Source: a virus
Lineage: Duplodnaviria > Caudoviricetes
DNA length: 54,688 nucleotides
Reading direction: 5' to 3' (one strand)
IMG/VR virus record: IMGVR_UViG_3300042485_001890
Location: 1 to 54,688 of that record
The position numbers and the translations under genes were made by a program. The notes beneath the pieces are model-generated. The model made no database searches. It saw only the letters and a program-made list of their open reading frames with translations, and was not told where the DNA came from. Position 1 is the stretch's first letter, and each line of letters starts with the position of its first letter. Positions 20,869 through 30,646 of this stretch are shown piece by piece.

Positions 20869-21156
20869 ATGTTCATTCAGACCAAATCACAGAAAAATCA
20901 ATATGTTAGGCTCAGTAAGCTGGGCAATCAACACAGTTACACAAGGACAAAAACCATTGTGACTTTAAAGTGTGATGACTGTGATGACGTATTTGAAAGA
21001 GATCTAAAAAAAATAGATAGAAAGCGTTTGAACAACAACTATTTTCATTGTTGTTCTGAGTGCGATATCAAGCGATTTGCGCAGCGAACAGGAGCAGATC
21101 ACAAAAAAATCTGGGATATGCCCACTGATGCAGATCTAGATATTTCTAAACTCTAA
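20869..21156 (+). CDS. small putative zinc-binding protein
   Basis: 95 aa with CDDC and CCSEC; preceded by TAAATA. Confidence 0.6.
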   Translation: MFIQTKSQKNQYVRLSKLGNQHSYTRTKTIVTLKCDDCDDVFERDLKKIDRKRLNNNYFHCCSECDIKRFAQRTGADHKKIWDMPTDADLDISKL

Positions 21157-21472
21157 AACTTTCACCGCAACCACAGCGGTCACGTTCATTGGGATTGACG
21201 AAATCAAATCCCTCATTGAGTCCATTGCGGACCCAATCCATTGTTAGTCCTTTTAGATACACTAGGCTTTTGGCATCAACTAATATTACAAAGTCTTGTT
21301 GAACAAAATTAGTAACACCCTCTTCAGCAGTGTACTCGTCCACATACTCCAATACATAAGCCAATCCACTGCAACCAGTAGTTCTGACACCTATACGAAT
21401 GCCAACACCCTTGCCACGTTTTGCCAAGTTCTGTTTAATGCGTTTACTGGCTGTGTCTGTTACGATAATCAT
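21146..21472 (-). CDS. iscA: iron-sulfur cluster assembly protein IscA
   Basis: TTGCSGLAY and RCGCGESF motifs; likely start MIIVTD at 21472, overlapping the iscU end. Confidence 0.93.
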   Translation of the reverse strand: MIIVTDTASKRIKQNLAKRGKGVGIRIGVRTTGCSGLAYVLEYVDEYTAEEGVTNFVQQDFVILVDAKSLVYLKGLTMDWVRNGLNEGFDFVNPNERDRCGCGESFRV

Positions 21473-21830
21473 CAACGGCTGCTTTGATAGCATCTTCTGC
21501 TAGAATACTACAGTGTATCTTAACTGGGGGTAGTGCTAGTTCTTGGGCGATGTCGGAGTTTTTGATTGCTCCGGCTTGGTCGAGTGTTTTGCCTTTGACC
21601 CACTCCGTAATGAGGCTCGAGCTCGCAATAGCCGATCCGCAGCCATACGTTTTAAATTTTGCATCTGTAATAATACCTGTATCATGATCAACCTTTATTT
21701 GTAATTTCATTACGTCGCCGCAAGCAGGTGCGCCAACCATACCAGTACCAATATCAGGATCACTCTTGTCAAAAGACCCCACATTCCTGGGATTTTCATA
21801 GTGATCAATTACCTTGTCCGAGTACGCCAT
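21444..21830 (-). CDS. iscU: Fe-S cluster scaffold IscU
   Basis: MAYSDKVIDHYENPRNVG, GAPACGDVM, YGCGSAIASSS, LPPVKIHCS. Confidence 0.96.
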   Translation of the reverse strand: MAYSDKVIDHYENPRNVGSFDKSDPDIGTGMVGAPACGDVMKLQIKVDHDTGIITDAKFKTYGCGSAIASSSLITEWVKGKTLDQAGAIKNSDIAQELALPPVKIHCSILAEDAIKAAVDDYRNRHSQ

Positions 21831-22362
21831 TGATTATCCTCCAATCGATTATTTTCCATATGTTTTGCAAGTATTTCTTTTTGTCTGCCTGATAATCCAG
21901 CGCCCAAGCGTGTTCCCACCAATCAATTAACAGCACAATATCGTTCCTGATTTCGTGATTCACAATGGTTTTGATCTCGCCATCTCGAGCTAGATATGCC
22001 CATCCACTGCCCTGTATACTCATGGCTGTTTTTTCAAATTCTTCTTTGAAACGATCAAAAGTATCAAAGTGCTTTTCTATAAACTGTAAAATAGCATCGT
22101 AGGGTCTGTTGGCCCCTTCTGGTTTTTGCAGTTGACCAAAATAGATATTATGCAAAAACGCACCAGCTTCGTTGAAGTTGTCATCACCCTCGCCCTTGTT
22201 ATATCGATCAACATAGGCCTTGTACAGTGTACCGTAGTGATAATCTATAGTTTCTTTGGATTTTATTGGTGCCAACTCATCACGGTCGTAGGGCAATGTT
22301 AACTGTATGAGTTTGTCTTTTTTGCCTTCGATTATAAACTTTTGAATGAATTTAAATTCCAT
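21805..22362 (-). CDS. sod: Fe/Mn superoxide dismutase
   Basis: LPY...L.P, TIDYHY, FLHNIYF, GSGW and DWWEHA metal-ligand motifs. Confidence 0.88.
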   Translation of the reverse strand: MEFKFIQKFIIEGKKDKLIQLTLPYDRDELAPIKSKETIDYHYGTLYKAYVDRYNKGEGDDNFNEAGAFLHNIYFGQLQKPEGANRPYDAILQFIEKHFDTFDRFKEEFEKTAMSIQGSGWAYLARDGEIKTIVNHEIRNDIVLLIDWWEHAWALDYQADKKKYLQNIWKIIDWRIINGVLGQGN

Positions 22363-22367
22363 ACTTG

Positions 22368-22383
22368 TATTTACCGCTAAATA
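22368..22383. promoter_or_regulatory. back-to-back late promoters
   Basis: tattta at 22368-22373 and TAAATA at 22378-22383. Confidence 0.6.
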
Positions 22384-22404
22384 AATTCCTAAGGAGATTT
22401 CGAT

Positions 22405-22743
22405 ATGATCGGATTTATTAAGAAACTTTTCGGAGCCAAGGACACTGCACCTGCACCGACACCTGCTGAAGCACCGTATAAAATAGACACATCATCTATT
22501 AATCCAATGTCACCAGTTGCGGTGCCAGTAGTTGAGGCAGCACCTGCACCAGTAGTTGATGCAGTAGTTGTTGTGGCAGAGGCAGTTGCTCCGACAGCTG
22601 TAGTTGAACAAGCACCTGCTAAAAAGCCCGCGCCTAAAAAGCAACAACCAGCTAAAAAGTCTGCTGCTCCAAAGACTGCAACGGCAAAAGCACCGCCTAA
22701 ACCAAAAGCACCGCCTAAACCAAAAGCAAAGCCGGCTGCTTAA
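22405..22743 (+). CDS. Ala/Pro/Lys-rich low-complexity protein (histone-H1-like tail)
   Basis: AAGGAG RBS; PAKK/KAPPKP repeats including an 18-bp direct repeat near 22686-22727. Confidence 0.65.
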   Translation: MIGFIKKLFGAKDTAPAPTPAEAPYKIDTSSINPMSPVAVPVVEAAPAPVVDAVVVVAEAVAPTAVVEQAPAKKPAPKKQQPAKKSAAPKTATAKAPPKPKAPPKPKAKPAA

Positions 22744-23749
22744 GACTCTGTTCATAGAGTGCAAAGCTGGATAGATTTTTAGCCTTGCTTTCGCACATGA
22801 TGTCAAAGTCGTCACGGAATGTCAAGGCCCATTCATTCACTGCTGTGTTCCAGTAAAATTCTGAATGTGCTCTGAGTTTCTGTTTCTTGTAGCCCTGCTC
22901 TAAGAGGGTCGGAAGATGGGGACGGATGTGTCCGGGATGGTCAATAAGACAGTCTTCCCGTGATAAACTGTAATGTAACACAGGGCGAACACCACGCCAA
23001 CTATCAATAATCCTTTTAACACGATCGTCAGTTGCTTCAATATATTCTCCAGAATTAATCCAATGATGGTGAATGTCCATGACCAGAGCACAGTCTTTGA
23101 CCAATTCAATGCTTGAGTCAATACCCCAGGTCATTTCATCATTCTCGATGGTAAGACAATTGCGAGCCTCGGGTGTCATTTTGCTTAGAGCATCACGAAC
23201 ACCTTGTGGACCCAGCTTGCCGGAGATATGCACATTGATCTTGAAGTCTTGGAATGTCTTACCATATCCCATCCACCGAGCCATATCTGTATGGTACTCG
23301 AACTCTTCTATTGAACGTTCTACTATGCCCGGGTTAATAGACGCCAACACGCAAAACTGGCCAGGATGAAAGCTGAGCCTAACATTATTCTTCCTAGCCA
23401 CATCACCCACACGGGCAAATCCTCTTTCTGCAAAGGCTCTAACATCGGGCTGCCGCCAAAACCACTTCCAACTAGGCTCAGTGTATACAGGAAGTATATC
23501 ACTTGACAGTCGTACCATTCTAAGATCTTCATCTAGTGTTCCTACCCTGCTGACTAATTTGTAGCAGGCTTCTATGTTTCGTTCCATCAAATCCCAAAGT
23601 CGCTGTTCTGCTTCTTGAGGATGTTCACGCAACCACCTAACTGTGGTCGCACCTGTATTTAAGTCTCTATCTCTAGCATTGATCTTCATGCCATTAACCT
23701 CTTCAGGATCATTGATCCACTTGCAGGCAAAACCAATTCGTTTAATCAT
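22715..23749 (-). CDS. uvsE: UV damage endonuclease
   Basis: RIGFACK, RLSSDILP, RLSFHPGQF, TIENDE, DIHHH, AHS and MCESKAK motifs. Confidence 0.9.
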   Translation of the reverse strand: MIKRIGFACKWINDPEEVNGMKINARDRDLNTGATTVRWLREHPQEAEQRLWDLMERNIEACYKLVSRVGTLDEDLRMVRLSSDILPVYTEPSWKWFWRQPDVRAFAERGFARVGDVARKNNVRLSFHPGQFCVLASINPGIVERSIEEFEYHTDMARWMGYGKTFQDFKINVHISGKLGPQGVRDALSKMTPEARNCLTIENDEMTWGIDSSIELVKDCALVMDIHHHWINSGEYIEATDDRVKRIIDSWRGVRPVLHYSLSREDCLIDHPGHIRPHLPTLLEQGYKKQKLRAHSEFYWNTAVNEWALTFRDDFDIMCESKAKNLSSFALYEQSLKQPALLLV

Positions 23750-24024
23750 TTTTTAACTTTCGCTGAGATTACATTAGCAATGCGGAAGGATCGCCATTCC
23801 TTTTTATCTAAGCACCAGACATTCATAATATCTGGGTTAGATTTCTTTACTTTTGCTACTTCGCCTTCAGCAAGTACTTTAGGTTCTAGCACAGGTGGCA
23901 CAATCGTTGGATCAAGTGTGCAAGGCATTGATCGAGTTTCGCCATTCACTTTGGTAAACTCAACAACACACTCGTTTTCAAGAAGCAGAGTGCGTAATGC
24001 TTCAGGGGTAATAGTATTTGTCAT
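23746..24024 (-). CDS. WYL-like/SH3 beta-barrel (DUF2693-like) phage protein
   Basis: VEFTKVNGETRSMPCTL...VWCLDKKEWRSFRIANV. Confidence 0.65.
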   Translation of the reverse strand: MTNTITPEALRTLLLENECVVEFTKVNGETRSMPCTLDPTIVPPVLEPKVLAEGEVAKVKKSNPDIMNVWCLDKKEWRSFRIANVISAKVKK

Positions 24025-24030
24025 ACTACT

Positions 24031-24059
24031 AGTATAACATCATTACCGCCAGTTGTCAA
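24031..24059 (-). promoter_or_regulatory. sigma70-type promoter
   Basis: TTGACA-N17-TATACT, 6 nt before ATG 24024. Confidence 0.7.
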
Positions 24060-24855
24060 CAACATACGGATCCAGAACATCGTGAGGATTCGGATCTCCG
24101 TGAAACACACAAACACTGCAATTGATTGGAATTTTTGGATTGATTACTGATTTAAAATTTCGTTTACCGTCCTTTAACACCAGTTCTTCTCTGCTACGTA
24201 TTTCCCATTTGTAACTTTGTATCCATTCTATAGGCCAAAATTTTATACGATCCTTACTGGTTTTCCATATCCAATCTTGATCACCTTGTAATTTCTGTGC
24301 TTCGTTGGGATTGTTATTAAATTGTTGATAGATATGACTCTGAGAACCGTGCATCCAACTCATTACAGAACTATTTAGATACATCCAAGAAGGGTGAAAT
24401 TTTCTATTAAAATCTTTTATACCTAAGAAACTATGTCCGTGCCCAATTGCAAGGCTATCAATATTGGCGTGTATCACTACGTCAAGATCAAAATAAACGA
24501 TCCTACCACTGATTGGTAAATTGGGATCGAACATATGCACCTTGTGCCACCATATTTTTTTATAATTTTTCATAGGTTGCACAATACTTCGAACACCTTC
24601 TATAGGATGTTGATCATCAGTAAGACACACAAATTCGTAAGGAACTGTTAGATGGCGAGATACCATATTTCTAAGACGTTCAATGTACTCACGGCCGTAC
24701 TTAGTTCCAAATTTCACACACAGAACAGTTATTTTTTCAAGATTAGTATCTACAATAACTTGTTGTTGTGGTTGCCGAGATTCTTTTTCAAGTCTCCTTA
24801 AGGCTTTAAGACGCTTTCGTTCTTGTTTAGTTTGAGGAGGATTTAACAATTCCAT
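24043..24855 (-). CDS. GT-A fold glycosyltransferase
   Basis: [28 protein letters not shown] (DxD), [19 protein letters not shown]. Confidence 0.8.
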   Translation of the reverse strand: MELLNPPQTKQERKRLKALRRLEKESRQPQQQVIVDTNLEKITVLCVKFGTKYGREYIERLRNMVSRHLTVPYEFVCLTDDQHPIEGVRSIVQPMKNYKKIWWHKVHMFDPNLPISGRIVYFDLDVVIHANIDSLAIGHGHSFLGIKDFNRKFHPSWMYLNSSVMSWMHGSQSHIYQQFNNNPNEAQKLQGDQDWIWKTSKDRIKFWPIEWIQSYKWEIRSREELVLKDGKRNFKSVINPKIPINCSVCVFHGDPNPHDVLDPYVVDNWR

Positions 24856-25660
24856 CTATTTTTATAAGATTTTCTAATACGTTTTTGAGGTTAGACAATG
24901 TGATCATATTAGGACCATCACTAGGAGCGTTGTCTGGATCTTGATGACATTCCATGAACACAGCACTTACGCATCCGGTGGCCACTGCTGCCCTCGCGAG
25001 GTACGGGACCATAGTGCGATCCCCTCCGGAGACTGTGCCCAATCCCCCTGGCTGCTGAACAGAATGTGTGGCATCAAAGACCACTGGATACCCGGTGCTT
25101 GCCATAATGGGTAGACTACGCATATCAACAACAAGATTATTATATCCATGAGTGTATCCTCTTTCACATAACATAATTCGTTCATTGCCAGTTGAAGCAA
25201 TCTTTTCTGCAACGTTCTTCATATCGTGAGGAGCAAGAAACTGTCCCTTCTTGACATTGATAGCACAGCCTGTAGCACCTGCTGCTAACAATAAATCAGT
25301 TTGCCTACAGAGAAACGCTGGAATCTGTAATACATCAATACCAGCTGTAGCACACAATTCTGCCTGATAACTTTCGTGAATGTCAGTTAAAACTGGCACC
25401 CCGAGATTATGTTTAACAGTATTAAGAATCTTTAAACCTTCGTCGATTCCAATGCCTCGTTTAGTTGATATACTAGATCGATTGGCTTTGTCAAAACTGC
25501 TTTTATAGATAAACTTAATGCCCAGACTATCACAGGTTTCTTTTATGCTGTGTGCAGTTTCGAGTGTATGATCTAGACTTTCAATTTGACAAGGCCCAGC
25601 AATTAATACCAACGGCTCGTTGTTTCCTAATTTTATATTATGAATGTTAAATGTGCGCAT
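24827..25660 (-). CDS. kdsA: Kdo-8-phosphate synthase
   Basis: [57 protein letters not shown]; start MRTFN 5 nt after TAAATA. Confidence 0.95.
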   Translation of the reverse strand: MRTFNIHNIKLGNNEPLVLIAGPCQIESLDHTLETAHSIKETCDSLGIKFIYKSSFDKANRSSISTKRGIGIDEGLKILNTVKHNLGVPVLTDIHESYQAELCATAGIDVLQIPAFLCRQTDLLLAAGATGCAINVKKGQFLAPHDMKNVAEKIASTGNERIMLCERGYTHGYNNLVVDMRSLPIMASTGYPVVFDATHSVQQPGGLGTVSGGDRTMVPYLARAAVATGCVSAVFMECHQDPDNAPSDGPNMITLSNLKNVLENLIKIDGIVKSSSN

Positions 25661-25668
25661 ATTATTAT

Positions 25669-25860
25669 TTACCAATGTCTAATGGTATTAGCAATAATAA
25701 ACAGACAAGTAACTATGTGTATCACTACCCAAAATGTTTTAAAGAATAAGGCAATTCTTGCTTCACGTAGTGTAAGTATTGGCACATCTGGCCGATCGTC
25801 ATCAGTGTTCCCCATAAGGTGCCCGGTTGCCCGGGCCCATATCTTTTCTAAGCTGTTCAC
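25669..25860 (-). CDS. small membrane protein
   Basis: 63 aa; C-terminal hydrophobic helix; translationally coupled to queD. Confidence 0.6.
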   Translation of the reverse strand: MNSLEKIWARATGHLMGNTDDDRPDVPILTLREARIALFFKTFWVVIHIVTCLFIIANTIRHW

Positions 25861-26363
25861 GCAAACAAATCCTCATTCCATTCACGATGACCTTCACGGA
25901 ACGCCATATTGGCCTGTGTTTCACGTACTTCTACACGATAGCACCAAAGTCTTGCCGCTTCACCTGGACCCCACATCTCCGGAATGTAAACACCATTCAC
26001 ATATTTGTAAAGCATATCACTCAATGCTTCACAGCCCAGTGCGGGTAGAATAACAATCTTGGCCATATTCTTTTCTTGTAGCATTTTGAATACTTCAAGT
26101 TGAGGATCGTCTTGTGCTACAATTAGTGTATGATCAAATTGATCCTCTAGTGTTTTCTTTAGTTCTTTTAAACCACCATAGTCAGCCGCCCAATTGCGGA
26201 CATCCAGGTCGTTGGTGCCAAAGTAAAATTTCATACTAAATGAATAGCCGTGAATTAGATTACAGTGACTATCACTTCTCCATTGCCTGTAAGCACAGGG
26301 AAATGCATCGTGATATTCTTTTGTCGAAGTGTACTTATAAAGTACGGGTTGTAGATTTGCCAT
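25857..26363 (-). CDS. queD: 6-pyruvoyl/6-carboxy-tetrahydropterin synthase (QueD family)
   Basis: SHCNLIHGYS, DYGGLK, FDHTL and VEVRET motifs; AAGGAG RBS. Confidence 0.85.
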   Translation of the reverse strand: MANLQPVLYKYTSTKEYHDAFPCAYRQWRSDSHCNLIHGYSFSMKFYFGTNDLDVRNWAADYGGLKELKKTLEDQFDHTLIVAQDDPQLEVFKMLQEKNMAKIVILPALGCEALSDMLYKYVNGVYIPEMWGPGEAARLWCYRVEVRETQANMAFREGHREWNEDLFA

Positions 26364-26450
26364 CTCTAGTCTCCTTTGTAAGGTAGCAAGTTTGACGACA
26401 TGCAGAGTTTATAAAGCGGGATGAATGACGTAGAAAGTCCGCTAAGTTTT

Positions 26451-26479
26451 AGTATACAGTCTATTTAACTGTTATGCAA
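26451..26479 (-). promoter_or_regulatory. sigma70-type promoter upstream of queD leader
   Basis: TTGCAT-N17-TATACT. Confidence 0.55.
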
Positions 26480-27100
26480 CTGATTCTTAAAATTTTCTAT
26501 GCTGAGAAACTCGACATTAGATTTTCGCCATTCTGCCGGCATTGGCCAATTGTCATGATTCACAACATTATATTCTATAGTGGGAAACAATTTGAATACT
26601 TTGGCTGCTTGCCATATCCAATAGCTAGGATCAATTGAGTGTGATCCTCCGGCAGAATAATTTTTTGTATTTTTATAAAGATTGTTTACCAATCTGTCAT
26701 TACCATACAGATCAAAACCTAATAGATAAATTTTTTTAATGTCTGGCAACTGAGAAGCGACCAGTAATGCATAAGTTCCACTACCCCAGTTTCTGGGTTG
26801 ATCGATTCTATTGTTTTCTTGATTGGGAATATCAGGTAATAGGATTATATTTTTATGCTTTTGCACCTTGCGAAACCATTGATATGCGTGTTCTCGAACA
26901 TATATGAATGTTGAAGCTGTATTTGGATTCTCTACAGCTTCTCTCACCATACGTTCATCACAGCAAACAAGATGATTAACCACAGCGTCTCGATGTATGG
27001 CATTACATCCTACCAATGATATGTTACCTAGTAAATTTTGTATATTAATAAAACCACGGCTTTCGCCATTGCCTAGAACTAACACAGAATCATGCATCAT
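26465..27100 (-). CDS. MptE/MAF-flag10-like or GT29-like nucleotide-sugar enzyme
   Basis: VLVLGNGESR, GCNAIHRD, GSGTYA, IYLLGFDLY. Confidence 0.55.
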   Translation of the reverse strand: MMHDSVLVLGNGESRGFINIQNLLGNISLVGCNAIHRDAVVNHLVCCDERMVREAVENPNTASTFIYVREHAYQWFRKVQKHKNIILLPDIPNQENNRIDQPRNWGSGTYALLVASQLPDIKKIYLLGFDLYGNDRLVNNLYKNTKNYSAGGSHSIDPSYWIWQAAKVFKLFPTIEYNVVNHDNWPMPAEWRKSNVEFLSIENFKNQLHNS

Positions 27101-27969
27101 CTATCTCTTTCTTTGATTTCTCCAAATGGCAACCAAACTCCTGGATCTCCAGATTTTACACATACCCAACCTACGTGCTTTTTAATTTCAGGTTCTGAAT
27201 TCCAAACTATATCTCCTCGATTATATGCACCGTAATCTGGAGATGCACTTGCATAGGTGTGAACTCTGTCGTTGAATTTAATACCACCATTAACGTGCAG
27301 GTCTACTCTTGTGTCCATGGTACCTGCACCTACTTTGAGTTTACCATTCATTGACACCTGTATGCTGCCAGATTTTTTATTTCCTAGTCTAATGTCGCCG
27401 CCAGCTTCTATGATGATCCTTGCTGTGTTATCAGTGACCAATTCAATATCGTGACTGGCATAGGTGCCCAGTCTAGCTTTAGAACCTTCAACAGTGCCTA
27501 TAATAATTTCTACACCATCTTGAGCAACACTTAGTGCAGCATTGGGTTGATCTGTGCCAAGTCCTAAACGATCATTAGCACTATTGTAATGCACGTATTG
27601 ATTGATAACCATTGAACCGTCTACAATCAATCCTTTGAGTCTGCCAACCTCTCTAAGATTACTTTTGCTAATACCGCTGCCTAGTTCAGTGGCAGTCAAC
27701 ACCGCAGTATTTCCTATTGATACCTGTTTGTTTTTTGCAAGATCTAATGATTCTGATAAAAAGAATCTGTCCGGTTCACTGTTAAATACCAATTGCTTGA
27801 CATTGCCTTGGCCTGACCAAAGCATTCCTTTGCCATTCAATCCATTATCTCCGGACTTGAATGTAATAAAGGGAGTATTGTCTAGACTCATTTCGTGACC
27901 TTTGCCTAGGGCAAGATCCTTTAGAGTTTTTGTTATAACATCAATAGCTTGTTCTAAATTATCTGACAT
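27097..27969 (-). CDS. putative virion fibre-like protein (paralog of 27973-29127)
   Basis: shares GKG.LW.G.GNVKQ, KSNLRE.GRL.GLIVDG, RLGLGT..PNA and GDIVWNS.P motifs. Confidence 0.6.
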   Translation of the reverse strand: MSDNLEQAIDVITKTLKDLALGKGHEMSLDNTPFITFKSGDNGLNGKGMLWSGQGNVKQLVFNSEPDRFFLSESLDLAKNKQVSIGNTAVLTATELGSGISKSNLREVGRLKGLIVDGSMVINQYVHYNSANDRLGLGTDQPNAALSVAQDGVEIIIGTVEGSKARLGTYASHDIELVTDNTARIIIEAGGDIRLGNKKSGSIQVSMNGKLKVGAGTMDTRVDLHVNGGIKFNDRVHTYASASPDYGAYNRGDIVWNSEPEIKKHVGWVCVKSGDPGVWLPFGEIKERDR

Positions 27970-27972
27970 ATT

Positions 27973-29127
27973 TTATTCCATAACAAGACCGTAGCGTTTC
28001 CACAGTCCTGGTGCACCTGCTCTTACACAGACCCATCCTACAGGCTTACCTATGTCTGGACTGCTGTTCCAAACAATGTCTCCAACTCTGTGACTTCCGT
28101 TGCTAGGAAATTCTTCGGCATATGAATGCATACGCCCGTGAAATCTTATTGGACCATTCACGTGTAAGTCAACATTGGGGTCAGGATTATTAACTCTTAT
28201 GCTTAATTTTCCATGAATTGCTACCTGAATAGGTTCAAGTTCAGTGTTGCCCAGTTGTATATTTCCACTAGGTGATACACTTAATCTAGTTGTGTTGTCT
28301 GTAATGATATCAAATGGCATACTGGCATATGTACCTACCATGCCTCTTGTCTGCTCTTTGGTTCCAAGAACAACTTCAACACCGTCTTCTGCCACAGATA
28401 ATCCTGCATTAGGAGTTTCAGTTCCTAGACCCAGTCTGTTATTTGCACTATTGTAGTAGACATATTGATCAATATTGACATTGCCATCTACGATCAATCC
28501 TCGCAGCCTTCCTAGTTCACGTAGATTGCTCTTTACCACAGACGATCCCAGTTCAGTAGCTGTGAGAATAGGCACTCCGCCAATGATCAATGTGCGATCT
28601 TTGAATAGTTCAATGTGCTCAGATGAGAAAAATCTATCTGGCTTATTGTTAAAAACAAATTGTTTTACATTGCCTTCGCCAAACCAAAGCAAACCTTTGC
28701 CAAATATAGAATCATCGTTGACTTTTTTAAATTCTAAAGAAGAAGAACGTTCGACTCTTAGATCTGCAGTTAGTTCGTTGACCTCTAACTTAGCTGCTCG
28801 AATAGTTCCAGATGCAGTAATATCCTGTGCTGTAAGTGATTGTTCCACAGATAGATTCCCAAGAATTCCGTCTGTAGAAATTTTCTTGATATGAACATTA
28901 TTGTTCTTGATTAAGATTTGATTCTCTTCAGCTTCGTCTTTGATTCCTCTGCTGGCAAATCCGAATATTATCCCACCATTAATATGGTCCCCAGATAAAC
29001 TACGCTTGGGTAATTTTTCTGGAATCGATGTAATATCCAAAGGGGTGCTCTTTGCATTATTGTCAACTAGACTTTTAATGCTATTTCCTAGATAAACTAG
29101 GGCGTTATCAATGTTGGAATCTGTCAT
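27973..29127 (-). CDS. putative virion fibre-like protein (paralog of 27097-27969)
   Basis: same shared motifs; TAAATA 7 nt upstream of the start. Confidence 0.6.
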   Translation of the reverse strand: MTDSNIDNALVYLGNSIKSLVDNNAKSTPLDITSIPEKLPKRSLSGDHINGGIIFGFASRGIKDEAEENQILIKNNNVHIKKISTDGILGNLSVEQSLTAQDITASGTIRAAKLEVNELTADLRVERSSSLEFKKVNDDSIFGKGLLWFGEGNVKQFVFNNKPDRFFSSEHIELFKDRTLIIGGVPILTATELGSSVVKSNLRELGRLRGLIVDGNVNIDQYVYYNSANNRLGLGTETPNAGLSVAEDGVEVVLGTKEQTRGMVGTYASMPFDIITDNTTRLSVSPSGNIQLGNTELEPIQVAIHGKLSIRVNNPDPNVDLHVNGPIRFHGRMHSYAEEFPSNGSHRVGDIVWNSSPDIGKPVGWVCVRAGAPGLWKRYGLVME

Positions 29128-29158
29128 AGTATGATATTTATCAATATCATACTCGTAA

Positions 29159-29185
29159 GAAAGGGCGACATAATCGCCCTTTTCT
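29159..29185. terminator. intrinsic terminator hairpin
   Basis: gaaagggcga-cataa-tcgccctttt inverted repeat after the 390-aa gene. Confidence 0.65.
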
Positions 29186-29199
29186 AAAAAGATTTCAAT

Positions 29200-30372
29200 T
29201 TATTGAACCTTCAACAGCATAATTTCTTCGTTGATTCGACCGTTCATCTTAGTATCTACTGCATTGATATCCTCGAGGAACTTGCGAAGAACTACTTTAC
29301 CGGCCTCTTTAAAGGCCTTAAGTTGTTCTGCAGGCTTACGCAGAGTTTTTTGCACACTTTTCATTTCACTAAAACCTGTGATTGTGGTGCCTTTGATACC
29401 AAGTTCTTGAAACTCGGCGGCTATGTATTTGCCAAGTTTACGTGTTTTGCTATTAAAAACCCATAATTCCTGAGCACCAATAATGTCTGCAGGGTTGATA
29501 CTGACCAGTTTGAGCGGTTCGTCACTCTTCTTGTATTTGAGTTTAGCAATAAGTTTGTCTTTGCTGACAGCCTTTTTAGCACGAGGCTTCTTGTTAACCT
29601 TGGCCTCTTGCATTAACATATTGCAGGCACTTTCAATTTCTTGTAAAAATGCAATAAAGGATTTAATCTGCTTCTTGCTACGATGACTATAACCTTCACG
29701 TAACTGTTCATCAGCTTTGCCGCTAGCAAGCTCAAGCAGTTCTGTAAGATTTCGAGAATAAAAATCACGAATAATTCGAGCGTGAGCTGCCTTGGCCTGT
29801 TTGGCCTTGAGCAAGTTCAACACTTTAAATGCCTTTGGATCAAATGTTTCGGGATCAGTTTGAAATGCTTCGATAGCTGTTTCAATTTCCTCAGTCATTC
29901 CCAAAGATACTTCACGCAGTCTTTCTTGGATACTAGGAGTATAGACATCCTTTTTAACTTCAACAACTTCTTCACTGTCGTCTAAGTCGTCTCGACCCTG
30001 TTCAATAACTTCGTTGATACGGGCTCTCAGCCAAACAGCAGTGTCTCGACCGTCGTTAAAGTCTGCACGAACTGATGGCATACCTTTGATCAGGCAGGCT
30101 GCAACGGCCCCCATTGTCATACCGCAACGGTTATCCTTGGTTTTCTTAAATGCAGAAATATCTTCTTTGGTACAGCCCTGGCGACTCATCCAATCTATGA
30201 CCTTGGGTTTAAGTTCCTTAGCAGAACTTTCCAAACGATACCAGGCCATAGCAGAATGGAATTGACGCAAGAATTGATTAGTATCCCAGGTTTCGTGTCC
30301 TTCCCATTTTGGGCTAAAATCACGACCCTTCTTTGCACGAACTTCTGCCAAATGTTTTGCGGTAGTAGCCAT
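29200..30372 (-). CDS. hypothetical protein (390 aa, basic)
   Basis: long ORF, AGGAG RBS, consensus promoter upstream. Confidence 0.8.
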   Translation of the reverse strand: MATTAKHLAEVRAKKGRDFSPKWEGHETWDTNQFLRQFHSAMAWYRLESSAKELKPKVIDWMSRQGCTKEDISAFKKTKDNRCGMTMGAVAACLIKGMPSVRADFNDGRDTAVWLRARINEVIEQGRDDLDDSEEVVEVKKDVYTPSIQERLREVSLGMTEEIETAIEAFQTDPETFDPKAFKVLNLLKAKQAKAAHARIIRDFYSRNLTELLELASGKADEQLREGYSHRSKKQIKSFIAFLQEIESACNMLMQEAKVNKKPRAKKAVSKDKLIAKLKYKKSDEPLKLVSINPADIIGAQELWVFNSKTRKLGKYIAAEFQELGIKGTTITGFSEMKSVQKTLRKPAEQLKAFKEAGKVVLRKFLEDINAVDTKMNGRINEEIMLLKVQ

Positions 30373-30403
30373 TTTTCACTCCTGTGTGTTAAACTATACT
30401 TAT

Positions 30404-30432
30404 AGTATAACATCGTTCTCTGGGATTGTCAA
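30404..30432 (-). promoter_or_regulatory. sigma70-type early promoter
   Basis: TTGACA-N17-TATACT. Confidence 0.75.
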
Positions 30433-30623
30433 CCGTTTTCAAATCGTTTTACTTTCTCCAAATCGCCTTCTTCGTTTTCTAAATAAACGATACTGGCAAT
30501 ATAGCCTAAATCTAATTGAGTCTGAGCAATTTCAAAAGCCTGCTTACGGCTGTTAGTTGTTTCAATCAACTCTTCTTGGCCAGCTTCGTCCTCGGCCCAT
30601 ACTTCATAAAGTTCCCAGTTCAT
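30429..30623 (-). CDS. small acidic hypothetical protein
   Basis: 64 aa, AAGGAG RBS. Confidence 0.65.
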   Translation of the reverse strand: MNWELYEVWAEDEAGQEELIETTNSRKQAFEIAQTQLDLGYIASIVYLENEEGDLEKVKRFENG

Positions 30624-30646
30624 TTTGGACAGTGTTCTCCTTTTGG

